The notes below the pieces were generated by a model. The model did no database searches. It was not told the DNA's origin and was given only the letters and a program-made list of their open reading frames with translations. Source: Octopus vulgaris (lineage: Eukaryota). From it: a stretch of 64,000 nt of DNA. Location of the stretch: NCBI GenBank assembly GCA_951406725.2, contig OX597841.1, positions 2,976,001 through 3,040,000 on the forward strand, in the 5' to 3' direction. Position numbers and translations under genes: made by a program. Below are positions 51,933 through 64,000 of the stretch, piece after piece (positions within the stretch are counted from its first letter, which is position 1; each line of letters opens with the position of its first letter).

Positions 51933-52802
51933 TTTTTCCTCTCAAATCCCAATTTATATGTTTTTGTGCCGTTTCTTTTTACACTTTATTCCTTATATAC
52001 ACTTCTACTGTTGTATTTCTGTCCAGTGTCACCTTTGTTTAGCAACACTTAAATCAATTTATCCAACTTTATTCAGAACACAGGCCCCTCTTCTTGACAC
52101 TCCAGTCGGTGATGTTCAGAAATTTTGCTTATAATACTATTTCAGAGCAACTGTGTCACAGAAATTCTTCCACAGATTTGTAAAATACAATCTGATACAT
52201 CTGTTTTGTACAATATTTCCTTTTAGTCTTTGAAACGTGGTAGATATTGAGGATGTTTCTTTTGTTATGTCAATGTCATCTGATGTTCTGAAATTATAGA
52301 GAAACAACAGTGTAAGATATTGTGGTTACTTATATATTAAAGTTTGTATCATTTTGGAATGAAGAACACAAACATAGGTGCTGAGCCAGTGACTAAGACA
52401 TTTAGCTGTTATTTTTAGCATATTGTGTTTCATGGTGAGAGCTTCACGTGCCTTGGTCCTTTTGCTGTTTTACTATGAATCTACGCATGTGGAAACGGAC
52501 AAAACTGCTGTTTATTTTCACTTTTTGACAGAGGGATGGGTGGGGTGCAGATCAATTTTGGAGTTTTTCATAAAAAATTTGAAACTAAAATTTCTTTTTT
52601 CTACCCCCCCATATTCTTAATCTTTTCTCACGAAGACTGAAAGAAAAAAGATTTCTAGAAAAAATTTTTAATTTCAGGGGCAGAGGGTGATTAAAAATTT
52701 TGAAAATTGGCTTTTTGCATAATCGGAATGTCCGCCATCGAAAACATGGGAATCCGGTGTAAAAAAAAATGAGAAATTATAAATATATATATATATATAT
52801 AT

Positions 52803-53725
52803 CATGGCTCAGCTTCACAAACGAAGATCAGGAAGGCTGTCCACGTCGCGTGCACGAATGCTCATGACTGACAAGTCCGATATGGGAAAGGCAGGTCCAT
52901 GAGCAGTGTCCACAGACGAAGGTAACATCCAGTGTGGTGTCAGAGGCGGCTCGCACCTTCCTCCTGCGTCTCTTGTCTTTAAGTGCGTCTCTTCTTTGTT
53001 TCTCAAACTTGCTGTCTGCATTGAAGATCATGTGGCACCAGACATCACGGTCAGCAGCCAGATCTAACCAGCATTGGTGGTTAATTTGACATGCTGTTAG
53101 AGACTTCTTGAGGCGGTTTTTGTAGCGCTTCCTCAGAGCTCCTCTCACTCAGTGACTGGTGGAGAGTTCGCCAAACAGGGCAATCTTTGGAAGGCGATGG
53201 TTCTCCATTCTGGAGACATGCCCTGCCCATCGGAGGTGGTACTTCAGTAGCGTGGCTTCAATCCTGGGGATCTCGGCCTGCTCCAAGACTTCAATGTTTG
53301 TGACGAAGTCACTCCAGTGAATGTTGAGGATGGTGTGGAGACATCGCTGGTGGAAGTGCTCGAGGAGACGGATGTGACTGTGGTAAGTGATCCAGGTCTC
53401 TGAGCCGTAGAGAAGAGTGGTGAGAACCACGGCCCTGTAGACACTGATCTTTGTTTTGTTCTTCAGGTCACTATTGTGCCAAACACGTTTCTACAATCTG
53501 CCAAAGGAGCTATTTGCCTTAGAAAGTCTATTGTCAATTTCCTTGTCAATCCTTGCATCGGATGAGATGATGCAGGCCAGGTATGTAAACTGCTGTATTG
53601 ATTTCAGTTTGGTACCGCAGATAGTGATGTGGGGTGGGCGGTATTCTTCTTGGGGTGTAAATTGTTGAAGTACCTCCATCTTCTTGAGGCAGACCCCCAG
53701 GACAAAGAGCTGCGAGACGTCTGCA
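52803..53725 (-). mobile_element. Degenerate RTE (BovB-like) LINE 3' fragment
   Basis: VLTTLLYGSETW...LRWAGHVSRM, terminal CGHC..H; stops and frameshifts. Confidence 0.85.
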
Positions 53726-53756
53726 AAATATATATATTGGGATCTTTCCTTCTCCT

Positions 53757-53793
53757 TGTTTCCGACGAAGAGCTCCGCTCGAAACATTAAACC
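53757..53793 (+). ncRNA. Degenerate minimal hammerhead-like motif (Penelope-type)
   Basis: GTTT-CCGACGA-A-GAGC tcc GCTC-GAAA-CATTA-AAC; core deviates from CUGANGA at U4. Confidence 0.45.
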
Positions 53794-53899
53794 CTCCTTC
53801 CCTTCTCTCCTGAGCGTCAATAATACTTTAATTGTTCCACGTCCTGCGTTGCTGTGTTTTCTTTTCTCTTTTTTTCTGTGTTTTCTTGTTTGGATTAAC

Positions 53900-53931
<32 letters not shown>

Positions 53932-53993
53932 TATAAATATATACATATATATAAATATATGAAAGAATAGAGTTGAACGACGAATTAACAAAA

Positions 53994-54092
53994 TTCCTTT
54001 ATTTTCGACATGTGTTTCGAAGGCTGCATATTCCTAATTGCGAAGGAATAAGGAGTATATTATGCCGCTTTCTCATCAGGAAAAGCAAGGAA
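53994..54092 (-). ncRNA. Type I hammerhead ribozyme
   Basis: Minus strand: TTCCTT-gc-TTTTC CTGATGA GAAAGCGGCATA..TATGCAGCCTTC GAAA CACAT GTC GAAAA-ta-AAGGAA; intact core, stems I and II pair, GUC cleavage triplet at 54009-54007. Confidence 0.8.
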
Positions 54093-54202
54093 CTTATGTC
54101 AACATCAAGATGCACAAAAAAATTTTAGATGACTGCTCACAGGTATCGGTTAACCGAATTATCCATAACAAGATAATTCATTCTACTACTCAAATATATA
54201 TA

Positions 54203-54379
54203 TACTCTTTTACTTGTTTCAGTCATTTGACTGCGGCCATGCTGGAGCACCACCTTTTAGTCGAGCAAATCGACCCCGGGACTTATTCTTTGTAAGCCCA
54301 GTACTTATTCTATCGGTCTCTTTTGCCGAACCAGCATCGGTTGTCAAGCAATGCTAGGGGGACAAACACAGACACACAA

Positions 54380-54412
<33 letters not shown>

Positions 54413-54567
54413 CATATATACGACAGGCTTCTTTCAGTTTCCGTCTACTAAATCCACGCACAAGGCATTGATCGGCCCGGGGCTATAGCAGAAGACACTT
54501 GCCCAAGATGCCACGCAGTGGGACTGAACCCGGAACCATGTGGTTGGTTAGCAAGCTACTTACCACA
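54203..54567 (-). mobile_element. SINE family B (internal deletion)
   Basis: Family B core and tail. Confidence 0.8.
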
Positions 54568-54591
54568 CTGTTTTTACACAGGATTCCCATG

Positions 54592-54630
<39 letters not shown>

Positions 54631-54982
54631 CGGAAATTTCTTTTTAAGTGGTGGGAGAATCTGCGCCGAATTGTAATGCCGTTCGATGTCGTAAAAGCGG
54701 GTGGAAATGAGATTTTCGTAACTTTTATAAAAGGCTTCCCAACCCCCATCATTTTTAAATGAATGTTGAAGATAATTTGAAAAAATCCCCCTCGAATCGG
54801 GTAATTAATTATAGATATTAATCATAGATATCCCCATCCCCTTCCATAGCTAGAAATAGCAGCCAGATCCCGCACAAATCAGGGACATCACCAATTCATA
54901 AAACAGAAAAGACAAAGGTTCCACACGCCAAAGACCGAAACGTCTGCAGAATTAAAAACATTGAATATTTTCATTGCTTAAT

Positions 54983-55150
54983 ACTTACGGAAATGCTTCG
55001 TAAGAGATAGTATAGTTATATATGTGTGTATCTGGTAGTTGAGAAATGCATTCTAATTATCACGATGGTATTGTAGGCTAATTAAGAGAAATTCACGCAC
55101 TGGACATTTCCTACAAGATGTAGAACGATCAATGCGCATGCGTGTCTCCT
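54983..55150 (-). promoter_or_regulatory. Putative promoter and non-coding exon 1 of ZNF-5
   Basis: Donor GT 54988-54987; TGCGCATGCG 55133-55142. Confidence 0.6.
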
Positions 55151-55250
55151 GCACGTAATATTTAAGAACGATAACTCTGCTTAAATTTTATTTCGTTTTT
55201 CGATTTGGTTTACAAGATTTTTTTTTATATGAATTCGTGTGTTGAAGCAT

Positions 55251-55479
55251 ATTCTGTTGTGTCTGGGGAGAGTCATTCACTTTTAGTGCCTTATTATGTA
55301 ACACACTCACCGGTAAAATTTCCACCTATTTCAGACAGAGTCAAGACTATTGAAAATGTTGCAAGACGCAACGAAAATTTTAGGAAAATAAAAATAAGAA
55401 ATAAGTGGAAATTTTACTGGTGAGTGTGTTACATTATAAGGCACAAAAAGAAAATGACTCTCCCCAGACACAACAGAAT
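55251..55479. mobile_element. MITE with ~80-bp TIRs
   Basis: ATTCTGTTGTGTCTGGGGAGAGTCATT... mirrored by ...AATGACTCTCCCCAGACACAACAGAAT. Confidence 0.8.
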
Positions 55480-55555
55480 CTCCTTAAATCCCTTTATATT
55501 TAAGTTTATTACACCTCATTATATTTATGTGTGAATATTTATATCTGAGTAAGGG

Positions 55556-56295
55556 CTGCAAGCTGGCAGAAACGTTAGCACGCCGGGCGAAATGCGTGGC
55601 CGTATTTCGTCTGTCGTTACGTTCTGAGTTCAAATTCCGCCGAGGTCGACTTTGCCATTCATCCTTTCGGGGTCGATAAATTAAGTACCAGTTACGCACT
55701 GGGGTCGATGTAATCGACTTAATACCTATGTCTGTCCTTGTTTTTAGCCCCTTGCGGGTAGTAAAGAAATAGGTATTTCGTCTGTCGTTACGTTCTGAGT
55801 TCAAATTCCGCCGAGGTCGACTTTGCCATTCATCCTTTCGGGGTCGATAAATTAAGTACCAGTTACGCACTGGAGGTCGATGTAATCGACTTAATACCTA
55901 TGTCTGTCCTTGTTTGTCCCCTCTGTTTTTAGCCCCTTGTGGGTAATAAAGAAATAGGTATTTCGTCTGTCGTTACGTTCTGAGTTCAAATTCCGCCGAG
56001 GTCGGCTTTGCCATTCATCCTTTCGGAGTCGATAAATTAAGTACCAGTTACGCACTGGAGGTCGATGTAATTGACTTAATACCTATGTCTGTCCTTGTTT
56101 GTTCCCCCTATATTTAGCCCCTTGTGGGTAATAAAGAAATAGGTTTTTCGTCTGTCTTTACTTTCCGAGTTCAAATTCCGCCGAGGTCGACTTTGCCTTT
56201 CATATTTGCGGGATAAATAAAATACAAGTCGCGTACTGTCGTCGATCTAATCGACTGGCCCCCTCCGCAAAAAACTTTGGGTCTTGGGCCTATTG
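55556..56295 (+). mobile_element. Three young SINE-A units followed by the body of an old SINE-A
   Basis: Last unit (from ~56142) and both flanks match the single old copy at 50095-50312. Confidence 0.85.
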
Positions 56296-58100
56296 TGCCA
56301 TACAGGTACTACCATAATGCAGAGAGGTTGATTGTCTATTCGACTGTTGTTCCCCCAGCTACCGAGCTGGCTGCCTTTTATCCGCGACAGCGTATTTAGC
56401 AATGTCAAACTAAGTACATTTAGTTTCGTATCATTACAACATTTCCCTTTTCTTTCAGCAATTCACAGACTATCAAATAGGGATTCTTCCCCCTAAAAGA
56501 ATGAAAAAAAAAAAGACATTTTGTTGCGCGACACGGGCTTCAAATACCATGAATAGTTTTACGGTATAAATGTTTTATAACACTTCACGTGAGGATTCTA
56601 AGACACCCTAATGGGGGCCTTAACTCCCAAGTTTTTGTCATTTCTTTTATGATCCAAAACTAGGTCAAAAGTACTGAATGGATCTTTACGAAATTTGGAA
56701 ATTATATTCTATGCATAAGGACCATGACAATTCATATATTTTTGCTGTTGATGAAATTTTAGCCATAGATATTAGACACAAATGAAGTAATATTTATAAA
56801 ATTTCATCTTCTTACAAGTTAGAAAGACCCCTTCATGGGGGACTTAACACCCACAATTTAGTCATTTTATCTAAGCAAAAACAAATACAGTTGTACTCTT
56901 GGAAGCTGTAGGGTCACCCAAGCATAAAAGATGAGCATTATTTGTAAATCATTGGTACAACAGTGTAAGAGTTTGCTTTGACATACATTTAGATTGTGAT
57001 TTCTGAAATGTGGTGCATAAATTGTCGAGTAAATGAAAGACATCTTTGCCTCCACTGATTCACTTTGCAAAGTGTTGAGTAAAGTTATTTGGTTGGAGAC
57101 CTTCTTTCAGTCTTTTTATTATCACTGGGTCACACATTGTCCCCAGATGGTAACATTGATTTCAAAGCCTTCCCAGATGAGTGATTGGTTATTCAAAGAC
57201 ATTTATAGATTGTAAACTTATTCTGTCCAGTTACCTATTGGTATAGTTGTCATTTGCAAACTCCAGAGGTGACATTTTCATTTCTCCTTAGCCCTCACGT
57301 CACGCAGTTGTTAATGTTTATTTCAGTTGGGTCACGCTCTTCCAATTGCTATAGATTCGTAATGCATCTTACAGCAGTGCCTGTCACCTGGATGGTGAGG
57401 AATATTACATTGGGAGTGGTAACGACTAGGGTAGGGTAGCTGACTGCTTGTGATCATTAGGTTTCCTGTAGCTTTGCTCTCTTTTACAAACCCAGTGAAC
57501 ATATATTTCCTAGAAATCCAAACAATAGATATAAGACCCAAGTTAAAAAGATCTCAACAATTCAAATTCTCTGGTTGACATTAAGACACCCAGCCCCAAT
57601 AGGGGCTCCAACTCACACATTTTAGAGCTCCATGACCTCCATTTTTAAGCAAGAAAATCCTTTTAAGACTGGAATTTTGGAATATGTGCATAAAACTCAA
57701 TAGTATGGGATACATGTGGCACGATTACAATATTTTTAGGGTGTGTAGAGGGGGAAATAACCCTTATCAGCAATTCTGATGAAGTTCGAAACATAGATAT
57801 TCCAGTTCATTAGAGAAAATATAACAGAGATGTTTAAGTCTTCAATTGAATGTAACCGGGCAACGCCAGGTATCTCTGCTAGTATCCAATAAAGAATAAT
57901 GTGTAGGGTTGTCAGGAGAAGGAGGAGTTTTGGTATAGAAGTCTATACACCATGGAAAGCAAATGCATGAATGGTCAAAGAAGCAGCAGGGCAAAATTGC
58001 AAAAACAAAACGAAAAAATCTGACATTTTTGGAACTACTTTAGTCATAAATTCCATTGCATAACACACAGGAATATTAAATATATATAGCAAATAAGAAA

Positions 58101-59539
<1,439 letters not shown>

Positions 59540-60631
59540 TCAGTTTATATATTTTTCTTCTGAGGAATTGTTTCACAAGAATTCTTCCACAGATTTGTAA
59601 AACACAATCTGATACATCTGTTTTGTACAATATTTTCTTTTAGTCTTTGAAACGTGGTAGATGTTGAGGATGTTTCTTCTCTTATGTCAATGTTGTCTGA
59701 TGTTCTGAAATTATAGAGAAACAACAGTATAAGATATTGTGGTTACTTAAAAAATACAAATTCATTTCTAATGAGATCAATTAAGCTGGATGCCAACAGC
59801 TCCCTAAGGAAGGGCTGATCCCTCAAAGTAGAGGGAACACGTGGAAGTGGAACACCCAAGAAGACATGGGTGGAAGGGCTGATAAACGAACTTAGGATGC
59901 TGAACTTTTCAGGTGATATGACAAAGATCGAGATGCCTGGCACCTTGCCGTACTCCACAGCAGAAGTACACTCATCCCTCTGGTGACGAAAAGCAATTGT
60001 GATTGTTCCTCATAAAAGCGGACAGGCAGTGCCATTTAAAAGTGCCTGTGCAGTACCATATAAAGCACCCTGTGCACTGCGAAGGGGTTGGCACTGGGAA
60101 GGGCATCCAACTGTAGAAACGATGAGGAATCAAACTGGAGTCTGTTGCAGCTTCCCAGCCCTGCTCAAACCATCCAACCATGCCAACATAGACAATGGAC
60201 ATCAAAATTTACTCCACAGAATCTTGTGTGAAGCTGACATATTTGTAAACTACACTGACCCCTCCACATTGTGTAACAGTTTGAAAATAAAACCACAGAA
60301 TAGGGGACACTAACATTAGCCTTTGTCCAGAAAGATAATTTGACATTGTTGTTTAAACGTTTGAAATGCCAATTCTTTTTCAGATTCGTTATCTCCGCAC
60401 CCGAAAACTGGGGTGTCTGTAAAAAATATAAAATGAGAAAAAAAAAAAGCAAAAACCGAAGTGGTATTCGGGGTACAAAAGGAAGTCTTTCCTTTTTTTG
60501 CATATTCGGAATTTCCGTCATCGAAAACATGGGAATCCGTTGAAAAGAAATAAATAAAATAGAAACGTCTGTTTGGAGGTGGGGTGACTGTGCGCCAGGA
60601 TTCTAATGGTGTTCGGTGTTGTAAAAGCGGG

Positions 60632-63283
60632 CTCTGCGGCTCAGGTGGCGTCCAAGAGACTGGTGTTAAACCAGCACCTCGAGGCCAAACACATGGGCAG
60701 CATTGTCAGGGCTAGAATCCGCCATATGGGATGTGAAGGAATCAACGCCGTGAGATGGGCCCGAGTGGTGGAAGCTCAGCATGGTAACGATGCCACGATT
60801 CGATCTTTGACGAACCAACAAGGTGAGTTGATAAACGAACCCGAGATGTGTGAGGCCTTTCAGGAGCACTTCGCTCAGCTTTTCGGTGAGTGCGGCGGAC
60901 TGGATAGGAGGAGGGCCTTTACGGACCTACGCGACGGGCTGCCGCGCTTATCGGGGCGAGATGCGGAGGGCTGTGAAGGGCCAATCACGCCTGAGGAGGT
61001 GGTTGAGGCAATGGCGGACTGCGGCGTGGGCAAGGCGCCGGGTTTGGATGGTCTACCCTATGAGTTATATAAGAGTATGCCAGACTTGTTCGGGCACCTA
61101 CTGGCGGAGGTCTATGCGAACTGGCAGCAGAACGGGCTTATACCCAGATCTGTGCGCCGGGGAGTAGTGACTCTCGTCAGAAAGGACCCGAGCAAGGGGG
61201 AGTGCATTGATAATTTCAGGCCCATCACTCTGCTAAACACAGAGTTGAAGATTTTGGCCAAAGTGTTATCGAAAAGATTGGCGCGTGTCGCGGATGGTCT
61301 GATCGGAGAGGCACAGACATGTGCCGTTCCGGGCAGATCCATTCAGGATAATCTCCATCTAATGCGGTACACTATAGAGGGGTTTAATAGTGATTCTGGC
61401 AAGGGTGGGGCACTGGTCCATTTAGACCAATCTAAAGCTTTTGATAGGGTCGACCATCGTTACCTGGTATCTGCCCTGGCACAGTTCGGGCTGAGCCTTG
61501 GCTTCCTCAGGTGGATTATCCAAATTTATGATAACATCGACTCGGTAGTTCGGGTGAACGGCTTCTTGTCGAAGCCGTTCAAAATCAAACGCTCGGTTCG
61601 TCAAGGGTGTCCGCTCTCCCCGCTTTTGTACGTGATGGCTCTTGAGCCATTACTGCGAAAACTGAGCGGCATCCCGAGACAGCCAGGTAATGGAAAATCA
61701 GTGTCAGCGTACGTGGATGACATCACCATCATCGTAACCGAAATGGACCACCTATGTAAAGTAGGCAAGGCCATAGAGGTTTACGAGACGGTGACAGGAG
61801 CAAAAGTTAATTGCGAAAAGTCAGTCGGCTTGCAACTCGGCACCTGGAGAGGCAAGTCGATGCCTCCTGACAGCGTCGTGGGACGTTGGACGGAGGGTCC
61901 GATTAAACTGCTAGGGGTCTGGTTCGGTCCAGACCTCCAAATAGAGAAGAATTGGGGCGAGGTAACGAGCAAGGTGGCTGCAGTAGCCAAGACCTGGTCT
62001 TGGCGGTGGCTATCCCTGAAAGGGAGGGCGGAGGTGGCCAATGTGTTTATCGCATCGGTTATCACCTACCGCCTTTCCGTCGTTCCTTGCCCTGATTCGT
62101 GGTTGATCAAGTTGGAAAGACAGCTCTTCTACTTCTTGTGGAAGGGCGGGAAACCACTTGTGAAACGATCTACTTGCTGTCAACAACCGTTAAAGGGTGG
62201 GCTAGGGATGCCTTGGCTGATGATGCGCAGACATGCGCTGAGGTTAAGACATCTGTGGCTCTACCTGGATGGTGAACGGGTGTGGTCTTCGCTAGCAAAA
62301 CTGATGTTTCCCAAGTTCACTAGTTTCGGTGGATGGGAAACCTGGCTGAATCGTAGATCGAAACTTGGTACTTGGTACACGGAGTGTCGCAAGGCTCTCC
62401 TGCTATTCCGTCGCTCGGGCAACGCCTGCGGTGGGGGTTCCACCACATTCTTCTATAGAGGGTTGGTAGAGGCGGAATGTGAAGATACCTTGGGGGAAAC
62501 CCTAGGTCTCGACGATAATCAGCTGGCCAGTCTGTTCCGACGTACGTTCGAGCCAGAAGTCTGGCAATGCTACAGAGGAGCTCTACCTGTTCGGGATAAA
62601 CTCGCAAGGCACGGTGGCCAAGACAGTCCGATATGTCCAAGATGCGGGCGGGATAGGGAAACCGTCCCGCACGCTATTGTTCATTGTCCGGACGTGTCTG
62701 AGGTGTGGGTTTATGCCGAACAGCTGTTGTCAGGTACACGAAGAGTACAGCTGTCGACTGAGTCGATTACAAAAATTGACCCACCGGATTTCCTCGTGAA
62801 TGAAGGTAAGTTTCGTTTTCTCGTTGTAGTAGCAATTGCGAAAGAGGTGATATGGAAGACGAGAATGAAAGGTTTACAGTCAGGCAAGTTCATCTCCGGC
62901 CCTGGTTTGATGAATTATTTCATCTTTCACCTGAAAAGGAAGATAGGGCTGGAGAGAATATGCCTGACTAGGAGAGTGTATGAAGAACGATGGAAGGATG
63001 TAGCACGAAAGTTGCGAGTGAAAGATACAACATAAATGTAATACCAAGCGCAACCAAAAGTATCAGTGGGGAGGCGGGGCTCGTGGGGTCCGAGCTAAAC
63101 CCGCACCCACTCCACCCGTAATGTCTTCTGGTCTGTCCCATCATTCGATTTCTGTCCATTTATTGTAATTCATGAAAATTTTTAAATCCGATTTATTGTA
63201 AAAACCCATTCGTTTGTCTGACCCCATCATCAGATTGTATTGTCCCATCTATGTTCGCCCCTTGTGGGTAATAATAAAACAAC
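60632..63283 (+). mobile_element. Tx1/L1-clade LINE, 5'-truncated, ~800-aa open RT and zf-RVT region
   Basis: KAPGLDGL, NFRPITLLN, LDQSKAFDRV, VRQGCPLSP, YVDD, SLKGR, GGLG, CPRC..ET..H...C; 3' UTR ends GCCCCTTGTGGGTAATAATAAAAC. Confidence 0.93.
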
Positions 63284-63472
63284 ACCAGGCGAAATTATTA
63301 GGGCTATTTCGTCTGTCTTTACGTTCTGAGTTCAAATTCCGCCAGGGTCGACTTTGCCTTTTGCGGGGTCGATAAATTACCAGTAACGAACCAGATAAAG
63401 TACCAGTTACGTACTGGCGTCAATCTAATCAACTGGCCCCTCCCCGCAAAAATAATTTGGGTCCTGTGCCTA
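63284..63472 (+). mobile_element. Old SINE-A copy lacking its first ~25 nt (replaced by Tx1)
   Basis: Near-identical to 50123-50312. Confidence 0.8.
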
Positions 63473-63618
63473 TTTTGCCAAACAGGTTCAACAATAATGT
63501 GATGCAGTATGGTTTGTCGTTTATTCGACTGTTGTTCCCCCAGCTACCGAGCTGGCCGCCTTTTATCCGCGACGGCGTATTTAGCAATGTCAAACTAAGT
63601 GCATTTAGTTTCGTATCA

Positions 63619-64000
63619 TTACAACACACCCGTTTTCTTTAAGCAATTCGTAAAACCATCAAATGGTTTCTCTCCTGTATGAGTACGTTTATGTGTAATT
63701 AGGATACTACTTTGAGAGAAAGATTCACCACAGATATCACAATGATATGGTCTCTCTCCTGTGTGAGTACGTTTATGCGTAGTTAAGGTATTATTATGAG
63801 AGAATGATTCACCACAGATATCACAATGATATGGTTTCTCTCCCGTATGAATACGTCTGTGTGATATTAAGGCACTATTATACGAGTATGGTTTACCACA
63901 AATATCACAATGATATGGTGTCTCTCCTGTATGAGTACGTTTATGTGTAATTAGGTTACTATTTTGAGAGAATGATTCACCACAGATATCACAATGATAT
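63619..64000 (-). CDS. 3' end of C2H2 gene ZNF-7 (close paralog of ZNF-5), runs off window end
   Basis: TGEKPY finger repeats ending [17 protein letters not shown], same fusion junction as 50458-50520. Confidence 0.8.
   Translation of the reverse strand, partial: YHCDICGESFSQNSNLITHKRTHTGETPYHCDICGKPYSYNSALISHRRIHTGEKPYHCDICGESFSHNNTLTTHKRTHTGERPYHCDICGESFSQSSILITHKRTHTGEKPFDGFTNCLKKTGVL

Noticed and set aside
56478-57765. Possible decayed DNA transposon with GGG..TTCCCCC ends
   Set aside because: Terminal similarity is weak and no transposase motif could be read
57776-57800. CTGATGA-agttc-GAAA motif
   Set aside because: No stem II or convincing stems I and III; at most a decayed relic

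Overview
AT-rich eukaryotic (metazoan) DNA. The repeat families and the clustered, effector-less C2H2 genes point to an octopus/coleoid cephalopod; this is inference, not a database result. The window is a tandem C2H2 zinc-finger cluster with eight gene or pseudogene copies, two cut by the window edges. They share one architecture: an NRF1-like promoter motif, an inferred non-coding exon 1, a TE-filled intron and a single coding exon. Between them lie tRNA-derived SINEs, RTE, CR1 and Tx1/L1 LINEs, mariner, hAT and Merlin relics, MITEs and a 62-bp satellite. Most notable: (1) a SINE family forming head-to-tail arrays that appears to insert into its own older copies and shares its 3' tail with Tx1-type LINEs landing at the same paralogous site; (2) an intronless effector-type caspase with intact catalytic motifs, nested in sense inside the inferred first intron of a ZNF gene; (3) a canonical type I hammerhead ribozyme in sense within another ZNF intron. 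All coordinates were read by eye, and TE boundaries may be off by a few bases.
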